From Octopus vulgaris (Eukaryota): a stretch of 64,000 nt of DNA. Made by a program: the position numbers and the translations under genes. The notes beneath the pieces are model-generated. The model had not been told where the DNA came from. It saw nothing but the letters and a program-made list of their open reading frames with translations, and did no database searches. The stretch is taken from the NCBI GenBank assembly GCA_951406725.2, contig OX597836.1, forward strand, positions 5,580,001-5,644,000, read 5' to 3'. Shown here in pieces: positions 28,532 through 41,957 of this stretch (the first letter of the stretch is position 1; the number at the start of each line of letters is the position of its first letter).

Positions 28532-29974
28532 TGATTGATAGACAGACCGACAGACAGACAGATAGATAGATAGGTAGGTAGGTAGGTATATATATATATA
28601 CACACATATACATATATATACATACATATATATTATATATATATATGTATATACTTACATACATAATACATACATATATATTATATATATATGTATATAC
28701 ATATACATATATATATATATATATATAAATGACGGCCATATTTCAGGTGCAGTCTACGAAATCCATTCACAAGCATTTGGGGTCGTGACGAAGTCATAGC
28801 TAAAGGGCCCACGCAGTGGGACTGAACCCAGAACCAAGTAGATGGGAAGACAGTAGCTTGCCACCCATCCTTATCAACTTGGTTTAATGATTTAAATATG
28901 TATACGAATCAGGCCAAGGACTTCATTGTATTGTATATGCATGTCAGTGTATGTTATTGTGTCTGTGTATATGTATGTGTTTGTGAATGAGAGACATTGG
29001 AAGCTTTCAAAAGCTGAAAATGTTGACAGCTGTTTCGAACAGCTGATATATATACATTCATTTAAATTCATTCATTTTATTGGCAAAGTCCTTCCTACTT
29101 TTCAGTCATGCTATTCGCCTCGTTTGAACTACGTGTACTCATTTGCATATATGGATGCGTGCATTTACCCATGTGCGTATGTGTGTGTGTGTACGTGGGG
29201 GAAGGGTGAGAGACAGAAAGAGTGATAAAGACATTGACAGACAGAAAAATAGATAGACGTGTATATCGTTTGGCTAGAAAGAGCAGCAATATCTAACTGA
29301 AGTCTACCGAAACTCGATTCAATGTAATTATACGAGAAAACAACTCTGGAAACAACTATTCATTAACGCTTAATGAGTTTTGCGTTATAATTACTCCTCC
29401 ATATGTATGGTAGCTTGTAATTTCAGTGCCTCTAATGTGGAAGCTTACATCGATCCATATTATATTTTACAAATGTTAAGCATAGAAAATTTGGCTAATT
29501 AGTGGACGATTTGTTTAGGTAATAATCTACATCTGTATGGCGTTGTAAAATTATTTATGAAAATATGGAGTGAATTAAAATTCGCTGAAAAGATGGAATA
29601 AGTCCGGAACATATCAGAGTTATTCCCCATACTGCTAAACTTCGAACTCACTTTCGTCTCCTTGCGATTGATAATTTCGCGTGTTTTTTTATTAATAATA
29701 AATCATTTTGTAGAGTGAGGGATGTCAAAAGATGTTTCACTGGAGTTTGAACACAGAACGTAGCGATTCGCGACAAATGTATGAATGCATTCTACCCGAT
29801 GCTCTTATGAATCTGCCATTATACTGTCAGAAGTGAAATGGGAAAGAATTTTAATTTTCAATTTAATTTATTTAACGTTAATTTAATTCATAATAGGTTC
29901 TTCGTCGGTTTCGAGGATGAGCATTCAAGTTGGGCGGCCATTTGATTTCTTACTCGTGAAATTAAAGTTGAAGT

Positions 29975-30370
29975 GGCTGACGACCATGCTGGGGCACTAC
30001 CTTGAAGAATATTTAATTGAATGAATCAATCAAATTACATTTTTTAAACCTTGCCGGACCGCTATGTTATGGCAACATAAATGCATTATTAATATCGGTT
30101 GTCAAGCGTAAGTCGGAGACAAACACAGACACAAAGACACACACACACACACACATATATACATAAATATATATATATATATATATATATGCGTATAATA
30201 TATATATATATATATATATATGATCGGCTTCTTTCGGTTTCCATCTATCAAAACATATATATACATATATAAATATTCACAAGGCTTTGGTGGGCCCGAG
30301 TCTGTAGTAGAAAATCCTTGCCCAAGGTGCCACGTAGCAGCACTGAACCAAGCTTATTGCCACACAGACG
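29975..30370 (-). mobile_element. SINE family A, diverged
   Basis: accatgctggggcact tail, ggttgtcaagcg, internal TA, cacaaggctttggtgggcccgag...cttgcccaaggtgccacg head. Confidence 0.75.
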
Positions 30371-31899
30371 AGTATACCTAGCTTAAAAGTCAAGCTTTAA
30401 CATAACATGATATGTGACAACGGTTGACGTTTGAATGCCAAGTTCAGTCTTCAGAGAGGCGGGGAAGAGGTAGGTGAGTGGGAAAGAGAGAATAGGAGAA
30501 AGAGTGAGTGAGATGCAAACAAACAGACAGACAAGGAGACAGAAAAATAGTGAGATTGAGTGACTGAGACACAGACATACACATATAGAATGTATGGGAG
30601 AGAGAGAGAGAGTTTAGGATCAACTCTAGTATTGGAGAGGTACTTTATTTCTTTAATGGTGCATGTTGGTTTCAAGTTTTGGTACAAGGCCAGCAATTTC
30701 GTGCTGGGGATGCGCTTTAAGTAGATTACATTGACACGTGCTCAGCTAGTACATATTTTAACCACCCTGAAAAGATAAAAGACACGGTTGACCTCGGCTG
30801 GTGGACCGCTGAGCCAAATGCCCCGAAAAGCAAGGAGACTATATAGAAAAATGGCGTAGTTGTTTATCTTCTGCTTCTGTATAAATACATTGAAAAAACA
30901 AGAGAGCTTATAATTTTTGACTCACCTTCGTATGATCCTAGCCCTCTTCATTAATGGGTTGTTGTTGTTTTTTGTTTTTTGTTTTCTAGACGTATGTATC
31001 GAATTGGTAGGTGTTGGACTGCCTGTCAGCATGCTTATTGTGTGGTGATTATTTGTTTATAATGAAGGCCCGTGTCTTAGTGGTTAGTATTTTCGACTCA
31101 CGACCTTAATGTCGTGAGTTCAATTCCCGGCAACGCGCTGTGTACTCACAAGGAAAAACACATTAAAAAAAAAACGAAACTTGCAGCAGACCTTACCAAG
31201 TAAACAAAGACAGATTGTGGAATTTATGATTAAAAAGAACAAGTCTGAGATTAACACAAATATCGTTTAAAATAATTTATTTATTTGCCTCATCACATAC
31301 ATTTTCTATTACTTCTTTAAGAAGAATCCGTGATGGAATTTGTAAATATTTTAACGCATTGCTACGTTCCTTTCAACATGTCACATTTTTTTGACGATCA
31401 AAGTTTGTAATCCTGAGATGATTACAGTGTAATCCGTAATATCCATGGACGTCGAGTGGATCTTAGTTCATGCGTTCATTCCATCAGGCGATATGGCATT
31501 AAAGTTGTAAGCAACGAATGTGTAACTGAAAGAAAATATATTTCAGATATACATTTATTGTCTCCAAATTTAATGCCATAATGAGAACCCCTGATGAGAT
31601 GAACGCCTGCACTAGGGTTCCACCCGACGTCCATAAAGATTAATGGTTATACTGTAATCAACAGTCTACCCAGGAATACGGACTTTGATCGTAAGAAACA
31701 CGTGACATGTGGAAACGCGCGTAGCGACGCATTAAAATATTTAAAAATTCCACCCAAGGATTATTTTTATTATTATTTCTATATTTGTCCTGTATTGTAC
31801 CGGCACTGCTCGGGGCAACCCCCAAAACACTGCTCTTGCAAATTGGTATCATTAGGCTGTTGCTAGCATAATAATACATGCTTTAAAACGTTATTTGTA

Positions 31900-31962
<63 letters not shown>

Positions 31963-32032
31963 CATATGTATGTATGTATATATTGATATGTTTCTGTATC
32001 TAATGTATGTATGTATATATGTATGTACGTAC

Positions 32033-32080
<48 letters not shown>

Positions 32081-32214
32081 TATTCAAAGAAATTCCAACT
32101 CTGTTTTTAATATTTTATTTATATTCTTTATAACATTAATGTAGAATATAGAATATATAGTATAAATAATATATATATAGTAAAATATATCCCTCTATAC
32201 ACAATCATACAAAC

Positions 32215-32259
<45 letters not shown>

Positions 32260-32505
32260 ATGTTCATTGAATACACTTTAATATATTTAGAGTTAGAATA
32301 TTCAACTGAGAATTGTAATATAATAGGTAATATAATCATATATCTTTCCATAGTTTAATAGATTGAGTGATAGATAGATAGATAAACACAAATAGATAGA
32401 TAGAGATATATAAATAGATAGATAGATAGATAGATATAAATAGATATAGATAGATAGATATATAGATTAATATAAATAGATTGATAGATAGATAGATAGA
32501 TATAA

Positions 32506-32589
<84 letters not shown>

Positions 32590-32707
32590 GTAGGTAGGTA
32601 GGTAGACAGGTAGGTAGGTATCACAGAATAAATTTATGAAATTTATACAGTATTATATATTCCAAAGAGTAATAATATTACGATATGCTAATAATCAGCG
32701 CAGTGTA

Positions 32708-32758
<51 letters not shown>

Positions 32759-32980
32759 AAAGAAATTTGAGAAATTTGACAAGAAAATAGGAAACCGGTT
32801 ATTTTTTCCCAAAAAAAGACACGTTACTTTACACAAAATTTTATAACATTTTCCTATCATAACGATTTAAATATATTCTTTAACCATATAACACAAGACT
32901 TCTGCAGTGTTTTCACTCTATTTTGTCTTGTATACATCCGACCTCGTGCTTTCACACACATACATACACACACACACATG

Positions 32981-33125
<145 letters not shown>

Positions 33126-33146
33126 ATATATATATATGTATGTATA

Positions 33147-33242
<96 letters not shown>

Positions 33243-33641
33243 TTATATAAATTATATAAAGCACACGGAAACAATATATTATGGAAAGTAGCAATATATA
33301 AGATGGTACAAACATACGCACCTGTACACAGGTAAGCATATATATATATATTGTATAATATTAAGAAAACAGCACACTATTCCAGAAAAGTTGAATATTT
33401 ATGTGTGTGTCTGAGGGTTTGAGAGACAGACAGACAGGGAAAATGAGTGTGTGTCTCTGAATCTTTGTTGGGCTTTCTGTCCGTGGGTGTGTCCGAGAAT
33501 GGTGAGTTATTTGCGTTTTTATGTGCAATATAGAAGAAAAATATATATATCTTATTTTAAGATGTGCATAAAGTATTAAGGTATGTGATAAACGTAACAG
33601 TATATGCATAGAATAAAAAACACGTGATATATATATATGTC

Positions 33642-33706
<65 letters not shown>

Positions 33707-34028
33707 ACTATCTATCTATATATATATATATATAGACATATATATGTACATATATATATAGATATATATATATATATATATGGGGGGGGCTCTCTGCGTT
33801 TGAAGTGAACGTCAAATTGGGGGAGACAAAGAGAAGGAGCAAGAGAGACAGGCAGACAGACAGATATATGGTAATATCTGGTTATGGATATATAGATATA
33901 TATGTATACAAAACATATGCATGCATATATTTAAATAGATACACACATACACACACACGCATACATATATGTGTATGCTTATGTGTGTGTGAGTGCTTGT
34001 GCGTGTGTATTTATACTCAGATATTGTA

Positions 34029-34059
<31 letters not shown>

Positions 34060-34085
34060 TTTATAGATTGATAGATAGATAGATG

Positions 34086-34169
<84 letters not shown>

Positions 34170-34364
34170 CTTATATGTATATATCATATGTACTTCAGAG
34201 CAAAATTGTGCGCAGAGAATATGTGTCTCAACCTAATTCCGGCATAACAAAAGTTCTCGTATTTATTGTCGCATTTCGATTAGCATTTTTTGGTTTTTAC
34301 AGCATCCTTCAGGTAATATTCAGGTAGCAACGATAACTACAATCAAGTGGGGTTGATTTTTGTA

Positions 34365-34410
<46 letters not shown>

Positions 34411-34469
34411 AGTGTTTATAAAGTCGGTGCATAGGTATATATTCAAATATAAATATATAAATATATGTT

Positions 34470-34527
<58 letters not shown>

Positions 34528-34590
34528 AAGTTCATATATATAAAGATATTTATATATATGCATATATATATATATATATATACATATATA

Positions 34591-34644
<54 letters not shown>

Positions 34645-34715
34645 TGTATTATATTGATATGCTTTATAATAATATTTTCCATCATATAACTACCAGTCTA
34701 TTAAATATGTGTGTT

Positions 34716-34769
<54 letters not shown>

Positions 34770-34771
34770 CG

Positions 34772-34804
<33 letters not shown>

Positions 34805-34930
34805 ACATGTATGTATGTATGTATGTATGTATGTATGTATGTATGTATGTATGTATGTATGTATGTATGTATGTATGTATGCTTGTATGTATATGTATGT
34901 ATGTATGTATGTACGATGATATTAGATAAT

Positions 34931-34972
<42 letters not shown>

Positions 34973-35507
34973 TATTGTGTGCATTCAGAAAGGCACGTGA
35001 GAGAGTATTAACCAATCGGCGTTCACCATTAGTGCCCAAGCACTTAAAAGAGACAGCTTGTATGTGAGCAAATATACCATTTCATGCATGTATGTATATA
35101 AATTGATAGGCATGCATAAATTCAAGCATATGTCTATGTATGTGTATATATGTTGTATAAAGTGTAATAAAACTTCAGCATAATATATATTTATGCGTCG
35201 TGCATGAGTACATTATACATGTATGGCTCAGAATAATTTTATTGAAGATTATAACAATATTTATACGTATATATTATTAAAAAAAAAGAAGTATATTTCA
35301 TAATGGAGTATCATACTATATTATATTGATATCGTGTACAATAATATTTTCCATAATATAAATACCAGTTTATTAGATAAAATATAGATATATTTTAGCG
35401 TAGATATTGGAAAATAATGCTTTAGTTTAAATACACTTCGCATGCAATTGTATTCGACAACCTGTGTAAGATATTTACATGTATATCTGTGTGTGCATTT
35501 ATGTATG

Positions 35508-35550
<43 letters not shown>

Positions 35551-35891
35551 GTGTGTGTGTATGTGTGCATTTATATATTTCCCCATATATTCATTGCATT
35601 CTATTGTAATTTCATTGAAGTGTTGACGTGACAATATAGGCATTGTCTCTCCAATAAAGAAATGTTGTATAAATAATAGATGTATGTCTATATCTCAACA
35701 TATACGTATCCATATATCTATATTAATCTCTCTATTTATCTATCTTTATACGTATTCGAATTTGTATTGATATGCATATGTTTGTGTGTATGTGTTCATA
35801 TTTAAGTATATGCATGCACACGTATGTATATATATATGTATATTCCTCTTCTTTCTCTGTACCTCTTCTCTCTAACTATTTTTCTAATCAG

Positions 35892-36045
35892 TCGCCATGC
35901 ATGACCGCTAAATCCACATTTTTTTTCATTCTCTCTCTATTTATATTCTCGTGTTCCTTTCTGCTGAAGAGCGTAGGCTCGAAATGTAACAGACTTTTTC
36001 ACTTTCCCGAGCGTCTAACTAATATACCAGCTTGTTGCTCATATA
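35892..36045 (+). mobile_element. Short Penelope-like element with hammerhead-like core, copy 2
   Basis: tcgccatg...CTGAAGA-gcgtaggctc-GAAA-tg-TA (35964-35988); aligns with 15832-16045. Confidence 0.55.
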
Positions 36046-37106
36046 TCTGTCTACGCATACATGTATGTATTATTTTCTTTTTGTTTTGTGTGTTTCAATC
36101 CAAATTCTGGCAATACGGAGCACCACCTTTCCGATGACCATTCATATGTGATCGGCTTTCGATGAAGGAGAGAGTTCGATATTGCCGCACTCTTTTCCGT
36201 TTCTTGTCGTGATGTAGGTTCATCTGAGGCCTTGGACATCTGGAGGTTAAATACCTGCCCTTAATTCATGTACATGTCTCAGATGTTTTGACAAGGTATT
36301 AAATATCCATGGTAAACTTGAATACCAAGTTTTGGCTGTTCATGGACATCACACTAGATGGGATACCTGGGAAATTTGCAAAAATGTGTATGTATGTATG
36401 TATGTATGTATGTATGTGTAGGGGAATCTTTTTCTACCGATTTAATTGCTAGGTGCTGAAAGGTATAAGGCAGATGTGAGTTGCAATCATTAGGAATTTC
36501 TATTGAATTGCTAGATTAAAATAAATATCATTTTAATGCGGAGAGAAGGAATATTTCCTAACTACTCTGGAACATAAGAAAAGACTCTGGGCTCTAGGAT
36601 ATTTAAGGACCCCGAAATGACGAAAAATTAGAGCTGGACTCCGCTGCATTTGAACTTAGAATATGAAGAGCTACGAGAATATAGTTATAAAATAAATAAT
36701 AACCGACACCACTAAATACAGTTACTATTTCATGTCCCAAAAACTATGAAGTGAAATATTGCCAGGAGAAAAAAAATCATAACCAACAACAACAATAATT
36801 GCAGCAGCAGCTGCTGAAATAGAAGCAATAAGAAATCTATCTGCATCATTGCATCATCATGGAATCCAATAATCCTGTAAGTGTATAAACGTACGCGCTC
36901 TAACACACACACACACACACACACCCATACACGCACATATACACACACATATGCACACTCGTACACTGCCATGTATATATATCTATATATATATATATGT
37001 ACATGCACGTGTAAGTATGTATGTAAATATGTAAACGTACCTCTCTCTCTCCCTTCTCTCTCTCTATATATATATAAACATATATATGTATATATATATA
37101 TATATA

Positions 37107-37160
<54 letters not shown>

Positions 37161-37269
37161 CATATATATAAATATGTATGTATTTGTTGGTAAGTACGCA
37201 TAGATAGACAGACAGACAGACATATAGATAGATAGATAGATATATAGATAGATATATAGATAGATAGAT

Positions 37270-37417
<148 letters not shown>

Positions 37418-37570
37418 GGATAAATAAATAAATAAATAGATAGACAGGCACATAAGATAATTATCTCGTTGATAATTATCTGCGTTATGCAACCGTTTCT
37501 TCAGACGAAAGTGTGCATTTGTATGTGGTCGATATACTTACATATGTATATGCAGCCATATATACATACG

Positions 37571-37576
37571 TTTATT
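37571..37576 (-). terminator. Candidate polyadenylation signal (AATAAA) for the TRIM gene
   Basis: tttatt on + strand about 260 nt downstream of the stop codon; the motif is common in AT-rich DNA. Confidence 0.25.
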
Positions 37577-37833
37577 TATATATATACATATACGTGAGTA
37601 TATATCTGTAAGTTCCACTGTATGTGTTTGTGTGTGTGTGTGTGTGTGTGTCCATGTTAATGAGCAACAAATTAACTGTACTTTTTGTGGATGTCTGAAA
37701 GATTAAGCCTTTCTCTCATTGTGTTTTGCATCTCGCTGATCACAATCCCCTTCAGTTTCCAGGTTTGGGTTAGTCTTTGTATCACTGCGTCATAAAAGCC
37801 TTCACATCATCCAATACAGATTGGTCCATCATA

Positions 37834-40824
37834 TTACGTTTCTACCGTTACTTTCTTACGTAACACTTTCACGATTCCGGAATCAGATTCGGAGAGATAA
37901 AACGTCATTCCGTCTGGAGACATGTCAAGGCCACGTGGTAGCGTGAGGCCGTCGCTGGCGTCGTACATAATCTTATCAAACAAACCGTTTCCGTTAAGTC
38001 TGTAGATTTTGTTGGCTTCACTGTCGGCAAGATAGATAAAGCCGTTGTCATCCACGCAAACCCCGCTCGGCTTCATTAGAGAGTGCTCCACGCTGCCTGT
38101 GTACAAGAACTTTACATCTCCTTCTATATTACAACAGATTAAAGCTGAGCGTTTACAGTCGGATATCAAAAAATAGCCATCTTCGGCGACCTTTGCTAAA
38201 TAACGAGGCTCAATCAGACGCCCGTATTCTTCTCTCAGAGTTGAAAGAGTCTGAAGAATTTCTCCGTTCAAGCTCAGTAAATCAACAGCGTTGTCCCTCG
38301 AGCAGATGAGCCGTTTCGAATCCATCTTGGCCACGCCGATATATTGGTTTTCGACGACGACTTTAGTGGAGATAGCTAAGAAATTGCTGCGTGTGTCTCT
38401 CATGAGGAAACATATAGATTTCGACCAAGGTAGTACACAGACGACCATGTATTCGGATATCGCGCAAATTCCTGTCGGAGATCCTTCCACGGAGCAACAC
38501 GCCAGAAGGTGTCCCTCCTTATTGAATTCTTTTATGTTCTTGTGGTGAAAATCCGAGACCACAATTCGATCGTCGTTTAGAAATAAAACATCAAAGAGTA
38601 AAATCGGTTTGTTGACCTCTGACACTTCATTGACCGATCCCAGAAAAGCATATGCCAGAGGACTTGAACCGGAAGGAAAAAGTCGTGACCCCACATTTGT
38701 CTTGTCTTTGTCTGCTCGCGCTGGCACGAGAGCGTTGGGGTTGTCCACTTCTGACTGGCTTTTACTGTCGATATCACTGGCTAAGGTTTCTGTTGAAGTA
38801 GCAGGTTCCAAGGGAGAGGCGTCCCCTATTTCACCAATCAAAAGTCCATTAGTCGGCATCGTGTCATCAGGAAAGTTCTGAACGAGATCTGCATTTGGGA
38901 ACTGTTTCAACCTTTCAAAAAAGGCCGAGATTTCGTTGTTGTACCTCAGGAATATTCTGGTTACAACGTTACTACTCAGTGGCTCAGTCATTTCTTTAAA
39001 CTGAAGCGTTTTATTGATGTCGTGGAAGATATTTATCATCTGGTCATCGTGGGCCTCATCCAGGGCAACATCCATACATAGAAACGACTGATTCAATATC
39101 TCAATCTGCATCTCCGTTTGTTGGATTTCGCTTCGTAATTTTTCCTCCTCAACAGAAACCATCTGACCGACTTCCACATGCAGTTTCACCAAAGCCTCCG
39201 TCTGTAGTTTCAATACAATTTCGTTAATAGTCGAATCAACATCACGAATTAGAGAAGCTTTCTTTGTTTTAAGACCGTTCAATCGCTTCTGCAGTTCCTG
39301 AATCACCGATAATTTGTTTTCTTTTCTCGATGCGAGCGTCCTCAGAATCCCCTCTCCTTCTCGCCGTTTCTCGCTTGCAATATCAGACAGTAACATCGGT
39401 TGCTGTCCATCGCTTGCGTGCTTCTCTCTGTAATGTTGGGAACTGCACTGCAGACACAACGGGATCCGACAACTGCTGCAGTAAACGGAAAAATAATCTA
39501 AATGCTTCTCACAGATCGATGATATACCCAGGAGTTTTTGATGCTTGTTTTTCGAAATATCGAATATATTGTGTGATCTAAACGGATCGAACCCCTTATG
39601 AAGGTCTGTACACATGTGACAGTATCCTTGCCCACATTGTATGCACCAGGTTATTGCAATCTTTATAATATTCCGTTTGAAGCAAGACGTGCATTTCTGC
39701 TCTTCGCGGCTTCGTCGGTCGGCTTTGAGCAGATATTCCACGAAATCGTTTATTGGGAATTTATTCATAACTATTTCTTTGATGGCACTGTTCTGAACAA
39801 TTGGTTCCGTCACTGGAATTTCTACATTCAGTTTGATTTCGATTTTGCATTTGGGACACCAAATCCTGGTTGCCACGCACAAAAGGTCGTTGTCTGTATA
39901 ATCGGGTTTTACAGCAAACGCCATAAAGTTTTCTCTGTCGTACATCGACAGAGCCAAACTGTCGTGTACACTTCCGCTATCTCCGACAAGGGACTCGGCT
40001 TTACTAACTGACCTCAATGATCTTTCTGACTTCATTGATCGCTCAGACTTCACGGATCTTTCTGATCTAACAGATCTCATTGATTCCCGACGGCTCTCAC
40101 TTCTTGCTCCAGTCGGGGTCTTGGGGATATCCACGTCATTGGCTATATTCTCTTTGCTGGCCTTTTCTTCGGGTTTCTCTTTCTTTGCTCCTTCTTCATC
40201 ACTATCTTCAAACGGGTTATAATTTTTATTCGGGGGTTGCCCATCGTTAGCCTCTTCGTTATTTTCGCCACTATTAACCACTTCCTCTTTCTTTTCTTCC
40301 TCATTCTTCTTATCGTTTTCATTGTTTTCTTTCTCATCATCTTTCTTCTTGTTCTCTTGTTTCTTAGCGAGATTCTTCGCTGACCTTCGACTTGAAAAGA
40401 AAAATGAGAACCGGCTGCGCACTGGAGGTTTCTCCGGAGGCTCTTCTTCCTCGAGCGGTTTATCTGAAGTAGGTGTATCCGCAGCCGGTTCATCAGTCTC
40501 TACTGCTTCGTCTTCGGTGGTATTGGCTTTACTCACCGATGACTTCCTTGATATTATCGCTGTTGAACAGGTACTGTCAATACTGCTTCGCTTACTCAAC
40601 GTTGCCGTTGATGCGACGCTCGCTTTTTCCAGATCCATTTCTCTTCGCGCCAACAGGGCGTCTTTCCGTCGCACGATAGACTCGATGGCCCGCACCAAAA
40701 TCCGATGAGTCAAACATCGTTCACAAAACGTATGCAAACAAGGGAATCGCCGTGGCGGTGTGGTGAATCTATTTTCGCATAGATTGCAAGTTAATATGTT
40801 TTTGTAAGACATTTTGATCCTCAT
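37834..40824 (-). CDS. TRIM-NHL-type E3 ubiquitin ligase-like protein, 996 aa, single coding exon (split RING, B-box1, B-box2, coiled coil, 6-bladed NHL-like propeller)
   Basis: 2991-bp open frame of non-repetitive sequence, ATG at 40824, TAA at 37834. RING ligands C13,C16,C29,H31,C34,C37 with the last CxxC at C323/C326, followed by the typical post-RING 'FPINDF'. B-box1 CTSC..WCIQCGQGYCHMCTDLH..H (aa 378-418); B-box2 CEKH..YCSSCRIPLCLQC..H..H (aa 438-469); helical region ~aa 480-610. C-terminal repeats such as PSGVCVDDNGFIYLADSEANKIYRL and PRGLDMSPDG. Exact orthologue not assignable by eye. Confidence 0.93.
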   Translation of the reverse strand: MRIKMSYKNILTCNLCENRFTTPPRRFPCLHTFCERCLTHRILVRAIESIVRRKDALLARREMDLEKASVASTATLSKRSSIDSTCSTAIISRKSSVSKANTTEDEAVETDEPAADTPTSDKPLEEEEPPEKPPVRSRFSFFFSSRRSAKNLAKKQENKKKDDEKENNENDKKNEEEKKEEVVNSGENNEEANDGQPPNKNYNPFEDSDEEGAKKEKPEEKASKENIANDVDIPKTPTGARSESRRESMRSVRSERSVKSERSMKSERSLRSVSKAESLVGDSGSVHDSLALSMYDRENFMAFAVKPDYTDNDLLCVATRIWCPKCKIEIKLNVEIPVTEPIVQNSAIKEIVMNKFPINDFVEYLLKADRRSREEQKCTSCFKRNIIKIAITWCIQCGQGYCHMCTDLHKGFDPFRSHNIFDISKNKHQKLLGISSICEKHLDYFSVYCSSCRIPLCLQCSSQHYREKHASDGQQPMLLSDIASEKRREGEGILRTLASRKENKLSVIQELQKRLNGLKTKKASLIRDVDSTINEIVLKLQTEALVKLHVEVGQMVSVEEEKLRSEIQQTEMQIEILNQSFLCMDVALDEAHDDQMINIFHDINKTLQFKEMTEPLSSNVVTRIFLRYNNEISAFFERLKQFPNADLVQNFPDDTMPTNGLLIGEIGDASPLEPATSTETLASDIDSKSQSEVDNPNALVPARADKDKTNVGSRLFPSGSSPLAYAFLGSVNEVSEVNKPILLFDVLFLNDDRIVVSDFHHKNIKEFNKEGHLLACCSVEGSPTGICAISEYMVVCVLPWSKSICFLMRDTRSNFLAISTKVVVENQYIGVAKMDSKRLICSRDNAVDLLSLNGEILQTLSTLREEYGRLIEPRYLAKVAEDGYFLISDCKRSALICCNIEGDVKFLYTGSVEHSLMKPSGVCVDDNGFIYLADSEANKIYRLNGNGLFDKIMYDASDGLTLPRGLDMSPDGMTFYLSESDSGIVKVLRKKVTVET

Positions 40825-41046
40825 AGAAGCTTTACAGATGGACCATTTCGAATAAATGTGAAATTATACACTTACGTAGAGGCACATATAGAATTAAGAA
40901 GACATAGTTATTTGTATAGAGATTGATCTCACTGAAGATTGTATGGGGATTCTGTTGCCTTATCTGCATCAAGCAAATCGGTCAGGACCAAATGACTCAG
41001 TTGTCACCGATATGAAGTCTTCGAGGGACCCACGTCACGAATGCGA

Positions 41047-41067
41047 CCTGGAAAAGAAATATTAGAA
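41047..41067 (-). promoter_or_regulatory. Candidate 3' splice acceptor opening the 5'-UTR/CDS exon of the TRIM gene
   Basis: Minus strand reads ttctaat-atttcttttccag|gtcgc: branch-point-like CTAAT, pyrimidine tract, CAG; about 220 nt upstream of the ATG. Confidence 0.55.
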
Positions 41068-41102
41068 CATAAGTAGATAAACAAGTAGATATACGTATAT
41101 AC

Positions 41103-41142
<40 letters not shown>

Positions 41143-41257
41143 GCAAGTACAAAAACAGCCTTGTGCAGGTAATTACATATATACATACAAATATACATAT
41201 ATATATATATAAATCTATATACATATTCTATCTCTATAATACAGATTCTATCCCCCC

Positions 41258-41347
<90 letters not shown>

Positions 41348-41513
41348 ATATATTGTTACGTGTTAAATAACCACCTAAGGGATATCAAATATCTAAAGAA
41401 TTTACTGTTTTTTTACCGATATGAATAACAATTTTATGAACTATCGCTCATAACAAATAGGCAAATAAAGAAAAAAAAATATGCATACAGTTTATCAATA
41501 TAGTAATATAAAT

Positions 41514-41800
41514 TATTGTGTTGGGGCATAATTATTGTGGTTGTTTTTCAAGGAATTCTAATCGGCAAAAACAATAACAACATATAACAAAAATATCTTT
41601 CATTTTCTCTACACACACACATGCACGCATTTGCACAAACACATAATGACATAAGTTTATTCATCCAGAATAGATAACATCGAGTAGCGCGTTATACTTA
41701 TCTGAGAAGAGCTCATTTCTAAAAAAACAATAAATCTATTTGCAAATTATCTAACTTTTCGATCCGAGACGTTTTATAAATACCACCACTTCAAGAAGCA
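41514..41800 (+). mobile_element. Possible mariner-derived non-autonomous fragment
   Basis: Starts ta-ttgtgttggggcataattattgtggttgtttt, resembling mariner TIRs; no matching right TIR found. Confidence 0.3.
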
Positions 41801-41957
41801 CCTACTACAAACCTGGAGGTTCACAACATGACCTAATTGAACAAACCAAATTAAATCTTTCCCAGGACGAATCAAATGTTCACTTTATATTTCTCTGCTG
41901 TTTTAACACACTAATGAGCCTCGTTGATCTTCCTATACAACAATAACAGATATGTGT

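Noticed and set aside
30918-31012. Strong splice-like signals (minus AG|GTGAGT near 30924; plus polypyrimidine-TAG at 30989)
   Set aside because: No coherent exon or reading frame could be attached; such motifs occur by chance.
34265-34320. Further hammerhead-like traces (34265-34320 minus; also 32774-32805, 44144-44160 minus, 16150-16235 minus, 60700-60752 minus, 31592-31600)
   Set aside because: Only half of the core present or stems unconvincing; could be decayed relatives but not supportable individually.
38291-40708. Antisense and alternate-frame ORFs overlapping the TRIM CDS
   Set aside because: Shadow ORFs of a real coding region; no recognisable motifs.
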